Shown piece by piece: positions 30,989 to 40,024 of a stretch of 64,000 nt of DNA (position 1 is its first letter; every line of letters begins with the position of its first letter). Source of the DNA: Nitratireductor sp. XY-223 (lineage in GTDB: Bacteria > Pseudomonadota > Alphaproteobacteria > Rhizobiales > Rhizobiaceae). Both the position numbers and the translations under genes were made by a program. The stretch is taken from NCBI RefSeq assembly GCF_004959855.1, contig NZ_SPNT01000009.1:54739-118738 (forward strand), read 5' to 3'. Under the pieces are notes generated by a model, which was not told the origin of the DNA, did not search any database, and was given only the letters and a program-made list of their open reading frames with translations.

Positions 30989-31417
30989 AGGTGTGAGAGC
31001 CTTAGACAATAAGGGTTTTGGAGCCGGCCTGGGCGGTCGGTCGAGGCAAGCGCGGCGGCACGCCGCCGCGCCGGCCGGAACCGGCAGCGCCCCTTGTGGA
31101 CGGCCTGCAACGGATGAAGGCAAAGGCGGGCCCGGGCCCGGTGGCATGCGGCGGCATGCTGCCTCGCTCCGGCTCCCCGATGCCCGCTCTCCGTCGCACG
31201 CCGCCGGCCAGGGTTGGCCGGCTCCGGAACTCATGGGCCAAGCGGCGCCTGGAGCGTATCGAGGCCGAGGAAATTTCTATCGGACGAATCCGCGTCCCCC
31301 CGCCACCACCCCGGGGGGAGCAGGCCGGCTCGTCTGTCTGAAGTCAGGGTGGAGTGGCCCGAAGCGGCGAAACAGAAAAGGACGTAACAGCGCATGACGT
31401 AGCGATGTTGACGACGA

Positions 31418-32572
31418 ATGGAGAATCTCATGTGGAAGACAATAGACAAGGCGTTCGGCTTCGAGCGTGTACTGATCAGGGAAAACGAGCGTGCCGTTGC
31501 GCTCTACAAGGGTCGTTTCATGGGAATTCTAACCCCGGGCGAGCACTGGCTGCGCAATCAGCGCGACATGCTGCAGGTCGAGATCCACGATCTCAACAGC
31601 CCGGAATTCGTATCGTCCTTCGACCGGGCGCTGTTCCGTGAAGTGCCCGATGAGGCAGCACGGCACCTGACCGAAGTGCGCACAAGCCGCGGCGAGGTCG
31701 CGATCGTGTACAGGGACGGCCGTCTGTTCGGCATACTGAAGCCGGAAGCTAGGACCGTGTTCTGGACCGCTGCCGGACCCTGGAACGTCGAGCGGATCGA
31801 TATTTCGGAATCGCTGGAAGTTCCGGCAGACCTGGCAAATCGCCTTATGCGTGCTTCGAAGACCGAGCGTGTAACGCAGTTCGAAGTCTTTGAAGGACAG
31901 ACCGGGCTGCTCTACGTCAACGGTGAATTCGCCCGCGCGCTTGGTCCCGGATCGCACATGTTCTGGGATGCCGGCCGCAAGGTTACAGTCAAGCTGGTCG
32001 ACATGCGCAGGCAGTCCCTCGACGTGAACGGACAGGAAGTCCTGACCAAGGATCGTATGACGATCCGTATCAACGTTGCCGCCGAATACCGGGTCGTTGA
32101 CCCGGTTAAGGCGGCCTCGGAGGTCAAGGACTTTTCCGAAACGCTCTACAGGGCGCTGCAGTACGCCTTTCGTAAGACACTGGGCGTCAAGACGCTCGAC
32201 CAGATCCTTGAGAACAAGGTCACGGTCGACGCCGAAGTGGCTGCGAAAGTCCGGTCTGAAATGGCCGAGATCGGCATCGAGGTCGGGGAAATTGCCCTCA
32301 AGGACGTCATCCTGCCGGGTGACATGAGGGAAATCCTCAACCAGGTCGTTGCCGCGCAGAAGGAAGCGGAAGCCAATGTGATCCGCAGGCGTGAGGAAAC
32401 GAACGCCACGCGTTCTCTGCTCAACACCGCCAAGGTCATGGCCGAGAACCCGGTCATGCTGAGGCTGAAGGAGCTGGAGGCTCTGGAGCAGATTGCCGGC
32501 AAGGTCGAGCGCCTGACGGTTCACAACGGGACCGGCGGCCTGATGAACGACCTCGTCAAGCTGCGCGATTGA
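31418..32572 (+). CDS. SPFH/band 7 domain protein (slipin-like), no obvious N-terminal TM helix
   Basis: 384 aa with a central SPFH domain and an Ala/Glu-rich coiled coil; alternative ATG at 31430. Confidence 0.7.
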   Translation: MENLMWKTIDKAFGFERVLIRENERAVALYKGRFMGILTPGEHWLRNQRDMLQVEIHDLNSPEFVSSFDRALFREVPDEAARHLTEVRTSRGEVAIVYRDGRLFGILKPEARTVFWTAAGPWNVERIDISESLEVPADLANRLMRASKTERVTQFEVFEGQTGLLYVNGEFARALGPGSHMFWDAGRKVTVKLVDMRRQSLDVNGQEVLTKDRMTIRINVAAEYRVVDPVKAASEVKDFSETLYRALQYAFRKTLGVKTLDQILENKVTVDAEVAAKVRSEMAEIGIEVGEIALKDVILPGDMREILNQVVAAQKEAEANVIRRREETNATRSLLNTAKVMAENPVMLRLKELEALEQIAGKVERLTVHNGTGGLMNDLVKLRD

Positions 32573-32582
32573 AGCAAGACGG

Positions 32583-32612
32583 AACGCCGCCCGGACGGGC
32601 GGCGTTTCTTTT
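32583..32612. terminator. Bidirectional intrinsic terminator (ACGCCGCCCG-gac-GGGCGGCGT followed by TTCTTTTG)
   Basis: Perfect GC-rich hairpin with a downstream T-run, between the convergent SPFH (+) and 5'-nucleotidase (-) genes. Confidence 0.7.
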
Positions 32613-32613
32613 G

Positions 32614-34473
32614 TCAGTTCTGTTTGGCCGGGATGTTGAGCTGCTGGCCGACGTCGAGCTTGTGCGGGTCCTGATCCGGATTGGCCTCGGCAATGTCGCC
32701 CCATTTGAAGGGGTCGCCGAGATATTTCTCGGCCAGTTTCCAGAGATTGTCGCCTTCCTCGACCACATGCTTGCCGGTTTCGCTCGCGGTGGTCTGCACG
32801 GCCTTGATCTCTTGCGTAACCGTGTCGTCGGCCTTTGCTTCGCTGCCGCTTTCCTTCGCCATGTCCTCCTTCGGCGTCACCTCGGTGATGCGGTCGCCGA
32901 CATAGGGCTGGTAGGGCGATTTCTGCGTCAGATAAGCGGACACCACCTCTTCGAGGCCGGGGCCGTAATCATAGGCGTCCTTGCCGTTCGTTGCGAAGAC
33001 CTTGTAGCCGTCACCGCCGGCGCGCATGAAGTTATTGGACACGACGCCATAGGTGGCGTTGAGGTCGATCGGCTTGTACTGGCCGTTGTCCTCGACCATG
33101 ACGTTCGAGGTGCGGCTGCCGGGCGGCAGCGACAGGTCGAAACTGTATTTGAGGCCGGCCACCTGCGGAAAGCGTCCGGCGCCCTCTTCCACCTGGCTGA
33201 CACCGTTTTCGAGCGCGGCGACGACATCCGAGCCGATCAGCTTGAAGGTCGACAGCGTGTTCTGGAACGGCAGGACGGTCAGTACCTCGCCGGTGGTGAT
33301 GTAGCCGGCGTCGATCGATGCGCGCAGACCGCCGCCGTTCTGGATGGCAATCGAGATGCCCTGGCCGGAGACGCGGTCGAGCATGGCGTCGGTCACCAGG
33401 TTGCCCATCTCGCATTCGCGCGCGCGGCAGCTCGCCCGGTTGCCGTCGATCGGTGCGGCGGCGGTGCCGATGACCTGTTTCAGTTCCTCCTCGATCGGTT
33501 TCGCGAGCTCGGCAATGCGGGCGACCATCGCCTCGTCCGGCTTGATGCTGGCATCGAGCAGGATCGGATCGCCCGTGGCGCTCTTGATGTTGCCGTCGTC
33601 GCCGAAGACGATTTTCACCTCGCCGAGATATTTCGAATAGGCATAGGCCGACACCACCGCCACCTGTTTGCCGGACGGGCCGGTCAGCATCATCGGGTAG
33701 GGGCCGTGCGCCTTGTCGCTGGCGTTCGACAGGAGCGTGTTGGAGTGGCCGCCGACGACGAGGTCGATGCCGTCGACCTGCGTCGCGATCTTCTTGTCCT
33801 CCTCGATGCCGACATGGGTGAGCGCGATCACCTTGGTGGCGCCGGCTGCGCGGACCGCCTTGACCGCGTCATTGAGGTAAAGCACCGGGTCCATGAAGAG
33901 CACCGCTTCGCTGGGTGACGACAGTTCGACCGTGTCGGCGGTGACGGCGCCGACAATGCCGACCTTCTCGTCGCCGAAATCCTTGATGACGTATTCCACC
34001 ATCTTGCCGGCCAGCGGGCTGTTGGCGCCGATCAGCGCGTTGCCGTAGATGGTCGGGAAGTTGGTGTTGTCGAGGAATGTCGCCAGCACGGCGTCGCCGT
34101 CGTCGAACTCGTGGTTTCCGATCACATTGGCGTCGAGGCCGAGAAGATCGAGGAACTCTGCCTCGGCCTTGCCCTTGTAGACCGTATAGAACACGGAACC
34201 CTGGAAGTTGTCGCCGGCCGACAGAACCAGGACATTGTCGAGCGCCTTGCGGCGCTCGTCGATCGCCGTCTTCAGCCGGGCGACGCCGCCGAAGCACTTG
34301 CCCTCGGTCTCGTCGTCGGCCGAGCAGCTCGAATCGTATTTGTTGATCGGCTGGATCCGGCTGTGAAGATCATTGAAGTGCAGCACGTTCAGCTCGAAAT
34401 CGGCCAGCGCCACGGCGGTCGAGGCGGCCAGCGCGGCGAGGGCGATCGTCAATCGTTGTAGGAATTTAGACAT
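32614..34473 (-). CDS. Bifunctional 5'-nucleotidase/UDP-sugar hydrolase family protein with C-terminal LysM domain
   Basis: Signal peptide; calcineurin-like metallophosphatase motifs (NDLHSR, GNHEFD) and a 5'-nucleotidase C-terminal domain; LysM-like tail (HVVEEGDNLWKLAEKYLGD); AAGGAG precedes the ATG at 34473. Confidence 0.8.
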   Translation of the reverse strand: MSKFLQRLTIALAALAASTAVALADFELNVLHFNDLHSRIQPINKYDSSCSADDETEGKCFGGVARLKTAIDERRKALDNVLVLSAGDNFQGSVFYTVYKGKAEAEFLDLLGLDANVIGNHEFDDGDAVLATFLDNTNFPTIYGNALIGANSPLAGKMVEYVIKDFGDEKVGIVGAVTADTVELSSPSEAVLFMDPVLYLNDAVKAVRAAGATKVIALTHVGIEEDKKIATQVDGIDLVVGGHSNTLLSNASDKAHGPYPMMLTGPSGKQVAVVSAYAYSKYLGEVKIVFGDDGNIKSATGDPILLDASIKPDEAMVARIAELAKPIEEELKQVIGTAAAPIDGNRASCRARECEMGNLVTDAMLDRVSGQGISIAIQNGGGLRASIDAGYITTGEVLTVLPFQNTLSTFKLIGSDVVAALENGVSQVEEGAGRFPQVAGLKYSFDLSLPPGSRTSNVMVEDNGQYKPIDLNATYGVVSNNFMRAGGDGYKVFATNGKDAYDYGPGLEEVVSAYLTQKSPYQPYVGDRITEVTPKEDMAKESGSEAKADDTVTQEIKAVQTTASETGKHVVEEGDNLWKLAEKYLGDPFKWGDIAEANPDQDPHKLDVGQQLNIPAKQN

Positions 34474-34641
34474 ATTGAGCTCCTTGACTGATGCGGCAGG
34501 CGCCCGCCCGCTGGGCAGGCGGCTCATCGTTGCGTTGCTCTCAGATATTGCGAAGGCATCGGTGCCGCATGGCTGCGACGGTCCGCGCCGATGGCCCATC
34601 GTTCCACCAATCGGATCGCGCTGCAACCCGTTTTTTGCGGA

Positions 34642-35895
34642 TTACGCGTCGTAGTTGCGCTCGTCCGAAATCACCTTGCCGTCATTGGGCAGGCTGCCGA
34701 TCTCCGCAATCACCACCTCGCCCTTCAGCTTGGTGATGTCGGCCAGGGTGGCGGCGAGGGCACGCGGGTCGGGCGCGGCGCCGGCGGCGGGTTCGACATG
34801 CAGGATCATGGCGTCCTGGTCGCCGTCGCGGGCAACGATGAGACGCGCCCGGGCGACGTCGTCGTGGCGCCGCACCAGGGCGGCGATCTGCTTCGGATCG
34901 ACAAACATGCCCTTGACCTTGGTACGCTGGTCGGCGCGACCCATCCAGCCCTTGATGCGGATGCCGGTGCGCCCGCAGGGCGAACGGCCTTCGAGCACAG
35001 CCGTCATGTCGCCGGTTCCGAAACGGATCAGCGGATAGGCCGGATTGAGCGATGTGACGACAATCTCGCCAACCTCGCCTTCATCGACCGGATCGCCCGT
35101 TCCGGGGCGGACGATCTCGACGATCATGTTCTCATTGAGGATCATGCCGGGATGCGGGTTTCCGTCCTCGTCGGCGCTCTCATAGGCGATGATGCCGACA
35201 TCGGCGGTCGCGTAGGACTGCATCACCTGGACGCCGCGCTCGCGGTACTCCTCGCGCAATGACGGGAACAAAGCTCCGCCTGAAACCATGGCCCGCTTGA
35301 TCGACGAGATATCGCAGCCAGCTTCCTTGGCCTTGTCGAGCAGGACCTTGAGATAGTCGGGCGTTCCCGTATAGGCGGTCGGCCTCAGCGCCGATGCGGC
35401 CTCGATCTGGGCCTCGGTGTTGCCGACACCGGCCGGAAAGACCAGGCAGCCGAGCGCCCGTGCACCCTCATCGAGCACGAAAGCGCCGGGGGTCATATGG
35501 TAGGAAAACGTGTTGTGGATGATGTCGCCGGAGCGGATGCCGGCGGCGAACAGGCCGCGCGCCGACTGCCACGGATCGGCACCGAATCCCTGCGGCTCCC
35601 AGACCGGACCCGGCGACATGAAGACATGATTGCCGATCAGGGCATCAGGATCGGCGAGACCGCCGAAGGGCGGATTGGCGGCCTGCAATTCCATCAGTTC
35701 GGGTTTGCGCAGAACCGGCAGCGTGGCCAGTGCCGCGCGGTTGGTGATGGTTTTCGGGTCGATATCCCCGAGCCATGCGCGCAGCCCCTCGGCCTTGCTC
35801 ATAGCCTCGGAGAGGAACTCCGGCAAAGCCTCGAACAGTTGCTCTTCCCGCTGCTGCGGATCGCGTGTTTCCAGATTGTCAAAATAAGCGGTCAC
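34642..35895 (-). CDS. Phenylacetate-CoA ligase family protein (PaaK-like adenylate-forming enzyme)
   Basis: 417 aa with PaaK/F390-synthetase-like organisation (SSGTTG-equivalent region, TSLNPAYPLIRFGTGD). Confidence 0.7.
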   Translation of the reverse strand: MTAYFDNLETRDPQQREEQLFEALPEFLSEAMSKAEGLRAWLGDIDPKTITNRAALATLPVLRKPELMELQAANPPFGGLADPDALIGNHVFMSPGPVWEPQGFGADPWQSARGLFAAGIRSGDIIHNTFSYHMTPGAFVLDEGARALGCLVFPAGVGNTEAQIEAASALRPTAYTGTPDYLKVLLDKAKEAGCDISSIKRAMVSGGALFPSLREEYRERGVQVMQSYATADVGIIAYESADEDGNPHPGMILNENMIVEIVRPGTGDPVDEGEVGEIVVTSLNPAYPLIRFGTGDMTAVLEGRSPCGRTGIRIKGWMGRADQRTKVKGMFVDPKQIAALVRRHDDVARARLIVARDGDQDAMILHVEPAAGAAPDPRALAATLADITKLKGEVVIAEIGSLPNDGKVISDERNYDA

Positions 35896-35990
35896 GACAC
35901 ACTCTTTCCTACGTTACATCAAACAGCCGAAGCTGCGGCAGGCCCCGCCGGACCCTGCCACGGCACCGGATATCGAACCGGATCCGATGA

Positions 35991-36353
35991 TTATCCCAAC
36001 CGGCGTGTCAACGAGAACTGGTCGCCGCTGCTCGACGTGCAGTTCAGCCGCGTCGGCGATACCAACGAGCAATTGACCCGGGCATTCGTGTTGCGCACCA
36101 GCGATCGGATATCGACCTGCACCAGCCGGGCGTTGATATAGGTGTATTTGCCTGTGGCCAGCAGCGTGTTCGTGTCGGTTGTTCTCGTCTCAAACCGTCC
36201 CGCGGAGAAGCTCGACTGGATGCCGTTGGGGTCCAGCCAGAATCCTTCGATCGAATTCGGATCGCCTCCGTATCCGGGCCCGTAACCCGACTGGCAGGCC
36301 GCCAGTCCTGCCGCCATGGCCGCTATTGCCGCGAGCCTGATCCATTGCCGCAT
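35991..36353 (-). CDS. Lipoprotein (hypothetical)
   Basis: ATG at 36353 preceded by GGAGG; lipobox LAAC after the signal peptide; 120 aa. Confidence 0.55.
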   Translation of the reverse strand: MRQWIRLAAIAAMAAGLAACQSGYGPGYGGDPNSIEGFWLDPNGIQSSFSAGRFETRTTDTNTLLATGKYTYINARLVQVDIRSLVRNTNARVNCSLVSPTRLNCTSSSGDQFSLTRRLG

Positions 36354-36502
36354 ATTCGCCTCCGCGTTGCTGGTTTGGACCGGTGGCGGGAACGCCGGTT
36401 CGGACATATCCCCTCGTGTCCGATCCAAGTCGGTAACACTGATACCACCGGCCAGCCTATTCCTGCAACATGAAGGAATTGGGACGAAATTCCCGACGGG
36501 TG

Positions 36503-37948
36503 TTAATGCACGAGCACGTTGCGGAACTGCCACGGATCGGATTCGTCGAGATCCTCCGGAAACAGACCGGGACGGTCGGTCAGCGGCGTCCAGTCCGTAT
36601 AATGGCCCTCGACAGGGCCGAGATAGGGCAGCTGGACCTCGAGGCAGCGGCGGAAATCCATCTCGTCGGTCTCGACGATGCCGGCATTCGGGTTCTCCAG
36701 GGCCCAGACCATGCCGGCGAGCACCGCCGACGTGACCTGCAGGCCGGTGGCGTTCTGATAGGGTGCCAGCTCCCGGGTCTCCTCGACCGACAGGCGCGAA
36801 CCGTACCAGTAGGCGTTCTTGCTGTGGCCGTAGAGCAGAACGCCGAGCTCGTCGATCCCGTCCAACAGCTCGTGCTCGTCCAGCACGTGCAGTTCCGGCT
36901 GCTGCTTGCCGCCGTTGCCGAACATCTCGTGCAGCGACAGCACGGCGTCATTGGCCGGATGATAGGCATAATGGCAGGTCGGCCGGAACGCGACGTTGCC
37001 GTCGGCGTCCCTCAGCGTGAAGAAATCGGCGATGGAAACGGACTCGTTGTGGGTGACCAGGAAGCCGTATTGCGGACCCGGTGTCGGGCACCATGTGCGC
37101 ACGCGCGTGTTGGCGCCGGGCTGATCCAGATAGATCGCCGACTGGCAGCCTTGCGGGTGGCCGTGGGCGTTGCCGGGCTTCCATTTCTCGTGGGTGCCCC
37201 AACCGAGTTCAGACGGCTGCAGGCCTTCGGAGATGAAGCCTTCGGCCGACCAGGTGTTCCAGAAGACGTCGAGCGGCTTCGGCTTTTTGGCGCGCTGCGT
37301 GTCGCGTTCGGCGATGTGCACGCCCTTGACGCCGACCTTGTGCATCAGCGCGGCCCAGCCCTGGCGGTCTTCCTGGGCGGGAACCTCGAAATCCATCCCC
37401 ATGTCGGAGGCGAGGTTGACGAGCGCCTGCTTGACGAACCAGGACACCATGCCCGGATTGGCGCCGCAGCAGGACACCGCCGTGGTGCCACCGGGATTGG
37501 CCAGTTTTTCCCGGCGCACCGTCTCGCGCAGCGCGTAATTGGTGCGCGCGGCGTTATCGAGCGTGTCGTCGAAGTAGAATCCCAGCCACGGCTCGACCAC
37601 GGTGTCGATATAGGGAACGCCTATCTCGCGGCAGAACTTCATCAGATCGAGCGACGAGGTGTCGACCGACAGGTTGACGCAAAAGCCCTGGCCCTCGCCC
37701 TCTGTCAACAACCGGCCGAGTAGATCGCGATAATTGCCCGGTGTCAGGGCCTCCTGCACGAAACGAACCCCGTGCTCGCGCAGCAGAGCCGCGTCGTCGT
37801 CGCGCGGATCGACCACCACCATGCGGCTCCTGTCATAGTCGAAATGGCGCTCGATCAGCGGCAGCGTCCCGCGCCCGATGGAGCCGAAGCCGATCATGAC
37901 GATCGGGCCGTCGATTTTGCCGTATACGGGATAGTCGGCATCCGCCAT
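36503..37948 (-). CDS. hss: Homospermidine synthase
   Basis: 481 aa with end-to-end resemblance to bacterial homospermidine synthases (VMIGFGSIGRGTLPLI NAD-binding N-terminus and characteristic length). Confidence 0.8.
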   Translation of the reverse strand: MADADYPVYGKIDGPIVMIGFGSIGRGTLPLIERHFDYDRSRMVVVDPRDDDAALLREHGVRFVQEALTPGNYRDLLGRLLTEGEGQGFCVNLSVDTSSLDLMKFCREIGVPYIDTVVEPWLGFYFDDTLDNAARTNYALRETVRREKLANPGGTTAVSCCGANPGMVSWFVKQALVNLASDMGMDFEVPAQEDRQGWAALMHKVGVKGVHIAERDTQRAKKPKPLDVFWNTWSAEGFISEGLQPSELGWGTHEKWKPGNAHGHPQGCQSAIYLDQPGANTRVRTWCPTPGPQYGFLVTHNESVSIADFFTLRDADGNVAFRPTCHYAYHPANDAVLSLHEMFGNGGKQQPELHVLDEHELLDGIDELGVLLYGHSKNAYWYGSRLSVEETRELAPYQNATGLQVTSAVLAGMVWALENPNAGIVETDEMDFRRCLEVQLPYLGPVEGHYTDWTPLTDRPGLFPEDLDESDPWQFRNVLVH

Positions 37949-38058
37949 TTTTGCTTCCTTTCGAGAATATTGTTGCTGCGCCCGGAATTTGCCGACGCTC
38001 TAAGCACAAACGTGCCGGCGATGGAAGCGGCAAAACCGCGGGGCACACTATTTGGTGT

Positions 38059-38757
38059 TCACGGCAACGCTGCCGGAATCAGGCCGCGAAGCGAATTGCC
38101 GACAAAGATTTGGGCGGCAGAGCGAAGATCGGCCGGTGTCAGGACCGCTTCACATGCCTTGCCCGTGTCCAGAAGTTCCTGGCGAAGGACACCGCGCAGC
38201 AATCCGCAGGAGAGGTCGGGTGTCCTCAGCGCTTCGGTATCCGGCATCTGCAGGAACAGGCTGGTGATTGTGCCCTCGCACAGCTCGCCCCTTTCGTTGC
38301 ACAGAAGCACTTCGTCGATTTCGCCGGCCGGAAATTCCTGCCTGGCGCGCAGATAGGTGTTGCGGCACGTGGTCTTGTGGCGCAAGAGTCCGTCGGTCGA
38401 CTGCAGGCGGGTTTCGGCAACGGCAATCCTCCAGGGCGTGCAGGGATCGGCCGGCGGGCAAGGGCGGGTCTCGATGCCGAGGCCGCCGTCCGGCGCCAGT
38501 TCGAGGCGAATCCGCTGGTCCTGTCCCCGGGGCCGCAAATCGTCGACCGCTGCCGCTACCTTGTGCCGGTCATAGGGAACCCCCAAGGCAGCGGCCGACC
38601 GTTCGAGGCGGTCAAGATGCAGCGGCAGCCGGTCGATCGTGCCATCCTCGCGCAGGCGCATGGTCTCGATCAGCCCCGGTGCACCCAGCCCCGTCACGTT
38701 GTCATCCCCACCGGCAGGGCCGCCTCGCTCAATGCATAGCGCGCCTTGACCAGGCAC
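38059..38757 (-). CDS. pabC: Aminodeoxychorismate lyase-like class IV aminotransferase fold protein
   Basis: Class IV fold motifs (LLRHKTT, GELCEGTITSLF, GNSLRG); directly downstream of pabB. Start uncertain: the longest ORF overlaps pabB by ~64 nt, and an internal Met at ~38661 is the alternative. Confidence 0.6.
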   Translation of the reverse strand: MPGQGALCIERGGPAGGDDNVTGLGAPGLIETMRLREDGTIDRLPLHLDRLERSAAALGVPYDRHKVAAAVDDLRPRGQDQRIRLELAPDGGLGIETRPCPPADPCTPWRIAVAETRLQSTDGLLRHKTTCRNTYLRARQEFPAGEIDEVLLCNERGELCEGTITSLFLQMPDTEALRTPDLSCGLLRGVLRQELLDTGKACEAVLTPADLRSAAQIFVGNSLRGLIPAALP

Positions 38758-39866
38758 TCCTCATATTCGGAGCGGGCGTCGGAATCGAAGATGATGCCGC
38801 CGCCGACATTGAACACCGCCTCGCCGTCCGGGTGGAGGCTGATCGTGCGGATCGCCACGTTGAATTCCATCGGGCCGCCGGGCGCGATCCAGCCGATCGA
38901 GCCGCAATAGGCACCGCGGTCGGTGTCCTCGAGCGCGTGGATGATTTCCATGGCGCGGATCTTCGGCGCGCCGGTGATCGATCCGCAGGGAAAGATGGCG
39001 CGGAATATGTCCGCGACCTTTGTGTCCGGGTGCAGCTTGCCGCGCACCCGGCTGACCATCTGGTGAACCGTTGCGAAGCTCTCGACATGGTAGAGCTGGG
39101 GCACCTCGACGCTGCCGGCGGCGCAGACCCTGGAAAGGTCGTTGCGCAGAAGATCGACGATCATGAGGTTCTCGCTGCGGCATTTCGGATCGCTTTCGAG
39201 CTGCCGCCTGAAGCGCCGGTCTTCCTCGCGTGTGCGGCCGCGCGGGGCGGTGCCCTTCATCGGCTTGCTCTCGATCCAGCCGTCCCTGCCGACGCGGAAG
39301 AAGAGCTCCGGCGAGCGGGAGACGATTTCCGGCCCTTCCAGCCGGACCAGGGCGCCGTGGGCGACCGCCTGCCGGGCGCGTAGCGTATTGAATAGTGGCA
39401 CCGATCCGGATTCGTAGCGTGCCGTGATCTCGAATGTCAGGTTGGCCTGGAAACAGTCGCCGGCATGCAAATGGGCGCGCAGGCGGTCGAAACGGGCCCG
39501 GTAGCGGTCGAAATTCCAACGGGGCCGCGCGCGCGACAGAACGGTTGCATTGTCGCCGCGTTCGAGCAGTTCGCGCGCCGTCTGCGGAGGGTGGGGCGCC
39601 GGAAAGACGCCGAAACAAAGGAGCGGGCAGGAGCGCTGGCCCATCCGTGGGGCAAGCCGCTCCCTTAGCGCCGGGTCAAGCGCGAAGCCGGCCTCATAGG
39701 AGATGAAGCCGGCCGACCAGAGACCCCTTTGCCGGGCATCCTGCAACTCGGCCAGCGCCGGTTCCACCTCATCCATGGTCCAGGCCGTAACCATGTACAG
39801 CGCATCCGAGAAAAACAGGTTCTCCCCGGTGAAATCGTTCCGGAACAGGATGAAATGGTCGTGCAT
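38694..39866 (-). CDS. pabB: Aminodeoxychorismate synthase component I
   Basis: Chorismate-binding enzyme motifs (SPELFFRV, KPMKGTAPRG, AGSITGAPKIRAMEII). Confidence 0.8.
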   Translation of the reverse strand: MHDHFILFRNDFTGENLFFSDALYMVTAWTMDEVEPALAELQDARQRGLWSAGFISYEAGFALDPALRERLAPRMGQRSCPLLCFGVFPAPHPPQTARELLERGDNATVLSRARPRWNFDRYRARFDRLRAHLHAGDCFQANLTFEITARYESGSVPLFNTLRARQAVAHGALVRLEGPEIVSRSPELFFRVGRDGWIESKPMKGTAPRGRTREEDRRFRRQLESDPKCRSENLMIVDLLRNDLSRVCAAGSVEVPQLYHVESFATVHQMVSRVRGKLHPDTKVADIFRAIFPCGSITGAPKIRAMEIIHALEDTDRGAYCGSIGWIAPGGPMEFNVAIRTISLHPDGEAVFNVGGGIIFDSDARSEYEECLVKARYALSEAALPVGMTT

Positions 39867-40024
39867 CGCTCTAGAGGACTTTTCCCTGCGGCGCCGCGGA
39901 CTGTCGATGGCGCTTCACGCAACCGCTGCCCGGGCAAGCTGTATAGCGCAACCGGGCGCAAGGCAATGTCCCGCCTGACACGCCGCATGCCGCAATCGGG
40001 TCAGTGCAGGCGCTTCGTCCTGCT

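Noticed and set aside
30990-31417. Possible structured RNA (tmRNA, RNase P RNA, SRP RNA) in the GC-rich non-coding tract after the tRNA-like genes
   Set aside because: No tag-peptide reading frame, no RNase P CR-I to CR-V motifs and no SRP domain IV motif recognisable by eye. Left as unexplained non-coding DNA pending an Rfam scan
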